Source of the DNA: Stegostoma tigrinum
Taxonomy: Eukaryota
Direction: 5' to 3'
DNA length: 64,000 nucleotides
NCBI RefSeq assembly: GCF_030684315.1
Contig: NC_081376.1
Span: 33,757,608-33,821,607, forward strand
In this document: one piece after another, positions 50,461-64,000 of the stretch
Layout of the letters: each line of letters opens with the position of its first letter
Position numbering within the stretch: position 1 is the first letter of the stretch
Notes under the pieces: generated by a model
What the model was told of the DNA's origin: nothing
Seen by the model: only the letters and a program-made list of their open reading frames with translations
The model's database searches: none
Made by a program: the position numbers and the translations under genes

Positions 50461-53069
50461 TTTAAGTGGAATCCTTATGACTGATTCCAGCCCACTGTCT
50501 GGTTGACTGGTATTGCATCCTGAAGTGGCTTAGGCAAACTGCCATAGCTCAGAAAGAAGGCCACCACCACTTTGTCAGGGCCATCAAAGATGGGCAATTA
50601 TTGTTAGCCTTTCCTGTGATGGCCACATCGCAAGAGCAAACAATAACAAAAAGAAAGTTGCAGCAGATTTTGCCTCTGCTAGGGAGTTACAGAGAGACAT
50701 AATCTCGTTCAGCCATCTAATGATACTGTGCACATGATTGTCTATAAAGCTGCAGCAGATCCCTGGCAACCGAGTCCTGAGGTCCCTGAGACTGTGAGCT
50801 GAATGGAGACTTTTCCACATATGTGTCTCTTGAGCACCACCTGTGGCTCGTAGGTTACAACTCATTCAGAAACCTGAGGACAGTCATGAAATTATTTTAA
50901 TAATAGTCCTTTTTTTTTGTCCAGAACATTCTCCCTCCTTGGCTGTGCTCCAAACCAGATCAAAATTGCCATACAGTCCCTGAAAGTCAAATAAGAGTCA
51001 AACCAAACAAAATGGAAAGAAGGAAAATAAGACACAAGCTGTGTGAACCTACAGAAGGGTTCAGCCTTTCTAATGTGGTTCAGATAGGGTAACAGGTCAT
51101 GATAAAACAAAGATCTGTGGATGCTGAAGACTTGAAACAAAAGCAGAAATTGCTGGTGAAACCTCAGTTACTTCAGCACTGATGAAAAGTCACCAGGCTC
51201 AAAACACTCACTCTGCTTAATCCCCACAGACGCTGCCAGACCAGTTGAATTTCACCAGCAATTTCTGTTTTTGTAACAAGTCACAATCATAACTAGAAAA
51301 AGTAGAATGTGTCCAAACCTGTTTCACCAATGATCTATACTCTACCATCAGGTGAGAAGTCAGGATGGTTGCTGATTATTCTGCAATTTTCAATGATATT
51401 TGTGATTTCTCGGATTCTGAAATGCTCCATCACTACATGCGTCAAGACATGGACAACATTCATGATTGGCTTAATTAGTGACAAGTAACTTCTGCTTTAT
51501 ACAGGTCGCCAGGCAACATAACACCTAAGTCACATGGCTGCATGTGCAGTTTCTCCAATGTTCCAATGCAGAGAGATTGATGTGCTGAACTTGTTTGCTA
51601 GCTTTTTGTGATTTATGCATGAGGACTCCTATATCGCTCTGTGCTGTAGCTCTCTACAGCCTTTCTCTATTTAAGTAACATTCAGCTCCTCTGTACTTCT
51701 GGCCAAAATGCTCAATCTCACATTTTCCCACATTATATTTTGTCTGCCAAGTTTTTGCCTATTCACTCAACTTGTCCGTGTCATTCTGCAGACTTTTTGT
51801 ATCATCCTCACCTTCCCATCTATTTTTGTGTGATACATAACCGTGGCTATAGTATGTTCACTTTCCTCATCCAAGTTATTAATATCTATTATAAATAATT
51901 GTGGTCCAAACACTGATTCCCTTGGCACTCCACTTGTTACAGGTTGCTATCCTGAAAATGCCACCCACCTCATCCCAACTATTAGCCAGCCAGTCCTCGT
52001 CTATGCTAATATACTAATTTTATCCACTAACTTATCATCAAATAGCCAAAATGCTAATATTTTCTTTTCTAGATGTCTCTTTTTATGAGTTCTTTTATCT
52101 CTTGAAATATGAAGGACCTCTTCATCGTCTAATGGTATTTCAATGGAATTTTAGCATAATTTAGTGTCCAAATTTTAAAGCCTCTATTTTCTTCCAGTTT
52201 TATTCTTTATCCAGGTTTCTGAGGTGTGCAGACAAATGGATAGAACGTAACATCTTATGTTTTTTCTTTGTTACAATTTTGATGTTTCTTGTTAACACAA
52301 GGTTACTTCAGAATTTCTCAATCCTTCTTCTAATCTCTGCATTTCATCCTTCCATCTTCTATTAACATTTGTTGTAAATAGCTAAACCTATCTACCTGTA
52401 CTTGTTCCAAAGTTACACCATTCACTTCAATCTTAATTCTGGTTCCTTCTAACAGTCATGGTTTTTGTCTTTTTGGTGTTCATACTCAATCCCTACTCTA
52501 AACTGCTAGATTTTAATTGATCTGTGATTGTTTGTAATGTCCAGTAATGAGCAAACAAACACCAATATTAAGTCTTAGCTACTAATTTTTATTAACTCTT
52601 ACCCAGGATGTGGGTGTCACTGTCTAGACCAGCGTTCATTGCCAATTTCTAAGCACTGTTGAGAAGATTATGGTGTCCCATTTTTTTGAACCGCTGCAGT
52701 TCTAATGTGGGCATGTTAACTGTGCTGGGAGAGAGAGAGCTCCAGCATGTTTTGGCACAGTGACACTAGAGGAATGACAATGCATTTGTTAGAATTGTTC
52801 ATGGCTTGGTGGGGAACTTCATACATGGTTGTCCTTCTAGAAGGCAGAGATCACAGGTTTCAAAGATGTTGTTGAAGGAGCTGCATTGCCTCTGTGTGTT
52901 GATAGGATAGAATATCCTTTATTGTCATGTGCATTCCATATAAAATGTGTACCATTACTGTACATAGTGCCATTTGCATTAACTTAGAATAAAAATTTTT
53001 AAAAAATAACTCTAAGAGAGTTCAACTTTTCCTTTTCCGTTGGCACAGCGTGCCAGTGCCAGAGTCCTG

Positions 53070-53354
53070 CTCTGGGTTTCCCAGCCCATGCCATGCTGCC
53101 GAGAATATCCCACTCTGGGTTTCCCAGCCCATGCCATGCTTCTGAGAGTATCCCACTCTGGGTTTCCCAGCCCATGCCATGCTTCTGAGAGTATCCCACT
53201 CTGGGTTTCCCAGCCCATGCCATGCTTCTGAGAGTATCCCACTCTGTGTTTCCCAGCCCATGCCATGCTTCTGAGAGTATCCCACTCTGGGTTTCCCAGC
53301 ATATGCTATGCCGCTGAGGGTGTTCTGCTCCAGGTTTCTCAGCCCATGCCATGC
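53070..53354. repeat. 43-bp minisatellite (5 near-perfect units plus ~1.6 degenerate units)
   Basis: Unit CTCTGGGTTTCCCAGCCCATGCCATGCTTCTGAGAGTATCCCA starts at 53070, 53113, 53156, 53199 and 53242, then degenerates from 53285. Confidence 0.95.
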
Positions 53355-53879
53355 CACCACCAGGGGCCCATTCCACATGGAAGTGAGAGTCCCGCTCCAG
53401 GCTTCACAGGCCAACCAGCCAGCTCTACTGCCACGCTGCCTCTGAGGATGCCTCGGCCACTCCAGTGCACAACGAAGCTGCCTCCTGCCGAAGAGCTCTT
53501 GTTATCAGATTAAGTTTGAGGAAAAGAAGGGGAAGAAGGAAAAAGAAAAGGAAAAATGATGCAGACGAAAAGGACAAGCCCAGGCACAGGAGCCCACATG
53601 CTGCCTACTCTACCACCGCCGTCATGTAAAGGAATCGAATAGTGTGTGGAATGCCAGTCACGTGGACTGGTTTGGCCTGGATGGTGATGAGCTCCTTAAG
53701 TGTTGCTGAAGCTGCTTCCATCCAGGCAAGTGGAGATTCCATCACACTTCTTACTTGTGCATTGCAGATGATTGACAGGCATTGTAGAGACAGAGGGTGA
53801 ATTACTTCCCATAGAATTCTCAACCTCTGACCTGCTCTTGTAGCTCTTATGGTCATTGCCTGGCTCTTGTGTAGCATGA

Positions 53880-54097
53880 GATAGTAGGAACTGCAAATGG
53901 TGGAGAATCTGAGATAACAAGGTGTAGAGCTGAATGAACACAGCAGGCCAAGCAGCATCTGAGGAGCAGGAAGCCTGACATTTCAGGCCTAGACCCTTCA
54001 TTTTCTGAAGAAGGTTCTAGGCCCGAAACATCAGCCTTCCTGCTCCTCTGATGCTGCTTGGCCTGCTGTGTTCATCCAGCTCTCCACCTTGTTATCT
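53880..54097 (-). mobile_element. Fold-back PLE-derived insertion with head-to-head hammerhead motifs
   Basis: ~89-bp imperfect arms at 53911-53999 and about 54009-54097, with the tail on the left (minus orientation). TSD CTCTTGTGT(A/G)GCATGA at 53864-53879 and 54096-54111. Confidence 0.8.
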
Positions 54098-55872
54098 CTT
54101 GTGTGGCATGAATGAGAGAATATAATAGCAGGTCAGAGGTTAGAAATACTGCAGTAACTCACCTCCTGACTCCCCAAAACCTCTCCATCATCTGCAAGGT
54201 ATAAGTCAAGAATGTGATGGAATATTCCCCACTTGCCTGGAAGAGTGCAGCCCCAACAACGCTGTAGAAACTTGACACCATCCAGGACAAGACAGCCCAC
54301 TTAACTAGCATCAAATCCACTCCCTCCACCACCAACCTTCAGTAGCTGCAGTGTGTACTAATTCCAAAATGCTTTACAGAAATTCACCAAAAATCCTTAG
54401 ACAGCACCTGCCACAACCCATGACCACTTCTATATAGAGGGTCAAGGGCCGCAGATGCATGGGAACACCACCAGCTGTAGATTCCCCTCCAAGCCACTCA
54501 CCATTCTGACTTGGAACCATATGGCCATTCCTTCACTGTGGCTGGGTTTAAATCCTGGAATTCCCTCCCTACGGGCATTCTGCATCAACCCATAGTACAT
54601 GGACTGCAGTGGTTCAAGGTGGCAGCTCACCACACCTTCTCAATGACAATTAGGGACAGGCAATAAATGCTGAACCAGCCAATGATGCCATGTCCCACAA
54701 GTGAATAAATAAAAAAAAATACTTGCCAGTTATTAGCCCAAGTCTGAATGTTGTCCATGTCTTACTGTATATGGACTTTATAACTTTTTTAGTACTTCCT
54801 TATTACTTCAGTATCTGGCTATTGCAGAAGATGCTAAACATTGTGAAATCATCACAGAATGTTCCCATTACTAACTTTATGATGGAGGAAGCTGCTCGAT
54901 GAAACAGCCAAAGATATGGGCCTAGGACAGTACCCTAAGAAACATCTGCCATGATGTCCTGAGAGTGAGATTATTGACCTCCAACAACCACAATCACCTT
55001 CCTTTGTGCTAAGTAAGACTCGAACCAGTGGAGAGTTTCACCCCGATTCTCATTGACTTCAGTTTCGATAGGGTTCCTCGATGCTAAACTTAGTCCACTA
55101 CAGCCTTGATGTCAAGGGCAGTCAGAATCATTCTCACCTCTTGAGTTCAGTACTTTTGACTGTCAGGACCAAGGCTGTAATGAAGTCGAGAATGGAGTAG
55201 CCCCTGCACCAAGAATAATGATCACAGATAAGGGTAGGCCATTTAAAATAAAGGTGAGGATGAATTTTGATTTTCCAGACTGGTTTGACATCTATCCCAT
55301 TCAGCACATTAGTAGTGCCAGTCAACATGATGCATTCTGTTGTTGGTTCAAACTTGTTGTTTCTATAAGAACTGTGCAGTGGTCCAATACCAATAACGTC
55401 ATGGCCAGACGTACCTGCAACAGTTTGGTGAGAATAAGGTCCAGTAGGTTTTTTTCAATCTCAATGTAACACCACTATGACCATTAGGAGTTAGCTAGCT
55501 CTGTCAGTAGAGGTACTACTGAGATACCACATTGAAATTTCTCCCCAGTCAGTGTACATTCTGTGCCTTGGTATACTCAGTGCTTTTTCCAAGTGATGTG
55601 TTCAACACAGAGGAGACCTGATGTATAAGCTGACAGAGTGCTGTAGTTGGGTAACCAGCAGGTGGTCTCTTACCTTTGTTTGACTTAATACCATGAGACT
55701 TCAGAGGGTCCGGAGTCTATGTCCTAGGGAACTCCAGGGCAACTCTATTGACCAAAAAATGCCATTCCATCACCTCAGGTGGGTCTGTCCCGCCAGTGGT
55801 AAAGGACATATCCTTGGACTGTGATGATGATATATGCGACATTAACACACACACAAAATAAAACCTTACAGA

Positions 55873-56189
55873 CATAGATCATAAAATCCCTGCAGTGTGG
55901 AAACAGGCTCTTTGGCTTGACAAGTCCACTCTGACTCTCAGAGGACCCCACCCAGACCCATTACCCTTTCTCTGTAAACCATGTACACATCCCTGAACGC
56001 TATAGGCAATTTAGCATGGCCAATCCACTTAGATACACATCTTTGGACTGCGGGAGGAACTGGAACAAACCCATACAGACACAGGGAGAATATGCAAACT
56101 CCACACAGACAGGTGCCCAAAGGTGGAATCAAACCCAAGTCCCTCACACTAGAAGGGAGCAGTGCTGATCACTGTGCTGCCATGCCACC
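55873..56189 (-). mobile_element. HE1-like V-SINE
   Basis: Similar to the other copies (AATATGCAAACTCCACACAGAC..). Confidence 0.7.
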
Positions 56190-57134
56190 AATTTTAAACT
56201 GTTGCTAAAATTAATGCAAATTCTTCCTCTAACAAGAAAAATCTGAAAAAGACAGTCCCTTACTATGAAGTTAATCCCTTCAATCATCTATGTTTTTGTT
56301 TTAAGTATCGTTTGGGGTTCACTGTTAATATGTGACTTTCTTTTAACATGAAATAGGTAAGCAAGCTTGCACACCATTGAGAAGAGCTGGAGTCCGAGCA
56401 ATCTCCAGTGTTAAATCCAGGACCATCATCGTTCCCTGGTGGCAGAGATGGCCGGTGTGATATGAAACAGGAACTATACTGAAGCATCCATTACCCATTT
56501 TATTGGGGGAAGTTAAATAGAAGTTAGTGGATCATTAAAAGTACTCAAATCTCTGCGTTGCATGTTTAGGTTTAGCAAAAGGGAGTGGAGATTTGTGTAT
56601 TTTTAAAAAATTGAGTTTTGGTGTCTGGCACATGATTATGTTCTGGAATATAGATCTTTAACTGTTATTGGAACCTATCTGTCCTTTAAAATGCTCTTCA
56701 GTCACTTGGATATGTAACATTACGCTATAAAATTGAACTGTTTCACATTAATCATTTCAAAGTGAGAACTTGTGGAATGGTAATTTGAAGAGTGCATTAC
56801 AGACTCCTCTACAATAAATAAATAAATATGATAATTATCCATGAATCCCATTAGAAATCAGGATAAAATACGTTCAATCAGAGACTGGTGAGAATTTGGC
56901 ACTTTCTCCACCATGGAGTGTTTTGAGGTGAATAGAATAGATGCATTTAAGGGGAACCTGGGTAAATGAGAGAGAAAGGTATAGAAGATAGGGCTGAAAT
57001 AAGTGGAACAGAAGGAGGCTTGTGTGGTCCATGCATACCAGCTAAGACCAGCTGGGTGGAATGGCCAGTTCTGAATATCCTTAGACCCTATGTAATCTAA
57101 CCATTTTTTTGGATATATTTTATTTTGTTTATAA

Positions 57135-57885
57135 AGTCATAGAGTCATACAGAATAGAAACAGACCCTTTGGACCAACTGATCCATGCCAACCAGATGTC
57201 CCATTTGCCAGCATTTGGCCCATATCCCTCTAAACACTTTCTAATCATATATCCATCCAGATGCCTTTTAAATGTTGTAATTGTACCAGCCTCCATCACT
57301 TCCTCTGGCAGCTTTTTCACTCTTTGCATGAAAAAGCTGCCCCTTAGGTCCCTTTTAGATCTTTCCCCTCTCATCTAAACCTTCTAGTTTTGGACTCCCC
57401 CAGCCTAGGAAAAGGACCTTGACTACTCACCATGTCCATGCTTCTCATGATTTTATAAACCTGTATAAAGTCAACCTTTGTCCTCTGATGCTCCAAAGAA
57501 GAAGCCCCAGTGTATTCAGCCTCTCCCTAAAATCAAACACTCGTTCTGGCAACATCCTTGTATATCTTTTCTGCACCTTCTCTAGTTGAACAACATTCTT
57601 CCTATAGAAGGGCGACCAGAATTGTACGCAGTATTCTAAATGTGGTCTCACCTGTGTCCTGTACATCTGTAACATGACGTCCCAACTCCTGTACTCACTG
57701 TTCTGATCAATGAAGGCAAGCCTCCTAGGTGCCTTCTTTACTACCCCATCAACCTGCGACTCCACTTTCACAAAAAAAAACTATATCCTTACATCCCTAG
57801 GCCTCTCTGTTTGGCAACGCTCCCCAGGGCCCTACCATTAACTCTGTAACTCCTGCCCTGGTTTACCTTAACAATTTGCAAAATG
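57135..57885 (-). mobile_element. CR1 LINE 3' fragment
   Basis: [27 protein letters not shown] peptide. Confidence 0.85.
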
Positions 57886-59154
57886 TCATTCAGTTATTCT
57901 GTCACAAGATGGAGAATTTGACCTGGTTTCTAACTATAATATATTGGGCACTAACCAATTCTGATCTGTGTGATAAGTGCCCTTATGGCCTCAGCCACTC
58001 TAAGGAAAGGAGAGGGGATTCTTATGTGAGATACAGGATGTATAAACTGAGCTGACTTTCACACAGGCGACAGTATACCAACCTGTCTGCACTCCTCGCT
58101 CCAGTCCTCCGTTATAATAAATGGTTTTCTGCATTGTGTAGCATTTGTGCCTAAACAAAGGAAGATTGAATTATCTAAATGGATGCAGTCAAAGTGGATG
58201 AACCAAACAGTCTCATTATGGCCAGTAATAAATAAAGCAGCAAAAACAGAAACCTAGCTAATCCACAGTTAAGTGGAATCTCAAGAGTTGGAAACATCTC
58301 TTCAAGCTTGAGACAACTTCCACAGATGTTACATTTGCAAAACTGTCACTCAGAGGACAATCTAGCTTCCAATTTTGGAAAATGTTCCCAAATTGATCCC
58401 ACAACTAATTTGAGAGGGACGTGTGAAAAGCTGAATATGTATCTTGCCAATTTTATCCATAACCAAGCTCCCATCTACAAACCCATGTTCCCCACTGAAG
58501 TAAACTGCCATCCCACCTCTTCACAGCCTCATCCAAGTGCTGTCAGATTCTGTTTATGGATCATGATTCAATTGTGTGCAAAGATCATGTGAAAATAAAT
58601 TGTCATTTCCCACAAAAATGGACTATACTATTAAAAAAAGTGACAAGGCTTTTTATTTCTAGTTATGTACTGTAAACTGGTAATGTCATTAATAATTCAG
58701 CCTCCATACTTTGTAAGGACATAGTGTATCAATTTGACTAATATTTTTGCAACCATCACTCCTTTGCTTTTCAACAATTTAATACAAGGTTTTTCTGTAA
58801 AACACAATTGTAATTAGAGATTACTTTTTAAAGCAGATGTGTGCATGGCTTTGGGGAAAGAAAGAGGCTCTTTCAGTGTTGTGGCACAAACACAATGGGC
58901 ATTTTGTATCATTTCATAACATTATGAAATCAAGCATGTAACAAACACTGGTAACAGCTGGACTGAAATTTGACAACTGACTGTATTTGTACAAGTTGAG
59001 AGTTTTTTTTAACTTGTTAACACTAGATTTGTGTTTTCACAGGCTAAAGTAAATACGTCTTTAATTTGTTTGAATAGTCTCATTATTCTGATTCAACATC
59101 ATCCGATTTAGTGGAACAATATTTTGTAAAATGAAAATTGTACTTCGTAAAATG

Positions 59155-62269
<3,115 letters not shown>

Positions 62270-63261
62270 TTAAAATGTTGCAGATAAGTAAAGACTTGTG
62301 ATATTGGAAGAAATTACCATCACAGCAATGAAGTCAAGAGGTGATTTAACCATGACTGTTAAACAACTACGAGAAAAGTTATTTAATCCAGTGGTCCCAC
62401 AAATTGCAATCTGATAACGACCAGATTATCTGTTTTGGTGAGGCTGACTGAGGGATAAATATTGGCCCATGACAGACAGAATAATCCCCCTGATCTTCAA
62501 AACAGCGTCAGTGGATTTTACATACTCCTAAAGGGACAGATTGGACCTTCACTGCAGAGCCTTTGAATCTTGTGTTCAATTCTCTGAACTTCAGCTTGAA
62601 TGCGTGGCCTATTGACTGAGAGGGAGGTTTTGCAGTCTAAATCACACAAGAGGGCAGTAGGGTCACAAAACACTTTGCCTTGGGCCAGGCCTCATGCAGA
62701 GTCTGTCATAACTTTTGAGAGTGATTTGAATGAAATTTTGAAACAGAAGGAGATACAGGATTATGGAGAGCTCGTAGGGCAGAGGGAATTGACTTTGGAT
62801 CACTTTGGCACAAATCTGATGGAACATAATGGGCCTTTGTACCTTTAACTTCTACTGAACCTTAGTTGCTTTTATATATTTGTTTGTGGATGACTGAATA
62901 CTGGTATTGTGCAATTCAAAAGTATTAGAAAGCTTTCCTGAACAAACAAGTAAAATTACCTCTTGCCCCACCCACAACAAAATAAACACATGAAAAAACG
63001 AAAATAGACTGCATCTTTGTTCATTTGATTGTACAGAATAAATGACAATTAGTTTGTGACCCAATACCTGGTGAAAATTGTCATTGTTAACACTTTCATA
63101 TCCTGCAAGATGAGGAATTAAAACTCTACGACCTAAAAATATTAGAGCTTGGGGTCTCCTTACACATGAGAAACATCTGTACAGCTCACTCCAAAACAGA
63201 CCATCACACACAATCCCAGATTTGGCTGATTTCCCTTCTTACTTATGATCCTCCAATAACA

Positions 63262-63466
63262 GGGCTGGCACGGTGGCTCAGTGGTTAGCACTGCAGCCTC
63301 ACAGCACCAGGGACCCGGGTTCGATTCCAGCCTCAGGCGACTGTCTGTGTGGAGTTTGCGCATTCTCCTTTATCTGCACGAGTCCCCTCTGGGTTTTCTT
63401 CTACACCCCACAGATGTGCAGGTTAGGCAGGTTGGCCATGCTAAATTGTCCTGTAGTGCCTAGGGA
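63262..63466 (+). mobile_element. tRNA-derived V-SINE (HE1-like)
   Basis: Pol III A box TGGCTCAGTGG and B box GGTTCGATTCC, followed by the V-domain-like TGTCTGTGTGGAGTTTGC.CATTCTCC. Confidence 0.8.
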
Positions 63467-63484
63467 GTCACTATTCACCTGTTA

Positions 63485-63631
<147 letters not shown>

Positions 63632-64000
63632 CTAGGTAAAAATCAACAAAACTGAGACTTAAAACAAAGAATCTGAACAAATCAGCTTCGGTATTTCTCT
63701 CTTTGAAACAGTCAGGATATGAAATGTGGCAACCTTTGGGACTGACATTATAAACTTGAGCGGTCTGTCCTTCAGCTCTGCGTTTAGTCCTACATTTATC
63801 ATTATATTGAGACAGTAATGATTTACTGGTCTAGGTGGCTGAACCACTCAGCAAACAGGCTCTGAAATTACGTGACTATTAACCAGGTAAATACGGCAGC
63901 CATTTTGCAATCAGCAAGATCCCACAAAACAGTCTGATGAAGCATTCAATAATTTTTCAAGCACCTTCGGCTATTAGATATTTTCATGTAGTGCTGGGTG

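Noticed and set aside
53070-53354. CRISPR array, repeat protein, or HDV-like ribozyme in the 43-bp repeat
   Set aside because: The units are contiguous with no unique spacers and there are no cas genes. The three overlapping ORFs arise only because 43 is not a multiple of 3. The GGCAUGG/GGCUGGG words resemble HDV, but I could not build the nested double pseudoknot.
53635-54715. Large inverted duplication around the PLE hairpin
   Set aside because: The flanking arms are clearly diverged copies of the common LINE family also seen at 44150-45380; opposite orientation alone needs no special explanation.
56340-56490. Possible orphan exon between ANKS4B and CRYM
   Set aside because: GC-richer, with a splice-like AG/GTAAGC, but no recognisable peptide, and both neighbouring genes already have stop codons.
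63262-63335. tRNA gene
   Set aside because: A/B boxes are present but the sequence continues into a V-SINE body with several dispersed copies; no convincing cloverleaf.

Overview
Vertebrate genomic DNA, most likely a cartilaginous fish (shark). This is inferred from the repeat content: HE1/V-SINE-like and Deu-domain SINEs, abundant CR1 LINE fragments and Penelope-like elements. Five intron-containing genes can be rebuilt with phase-consistent GT-AG junctions: STK19/WHR1 (-, complete CDS), DXO (+, complete, head-to-head with STK19), an SLC25A17/PMP34-like peroxisomal carrier (-, complete), ANKS4B (+, complete) and the last four exons of CRYM (-). Most other listed ORFs are retroelement debris or shadow ORFs. 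The most notable non-genic signal is a set of Penelope-like retroelement insertions from about three families. They carry minimal hammerhead-ribozyme motifs, fold-back (inverted) ends with fixed endpoints and 12-16 bp target-site duplications. Also notable: a perfect 115-bp inverted repeat, a 43-bp minisatellite inside an unclassified element, and the STK19-DXO pair (MHC class III in human) lying next to ANKS4B-CRYM (human 16p12). All calls come from reading the sequence by eye; no searches were run.
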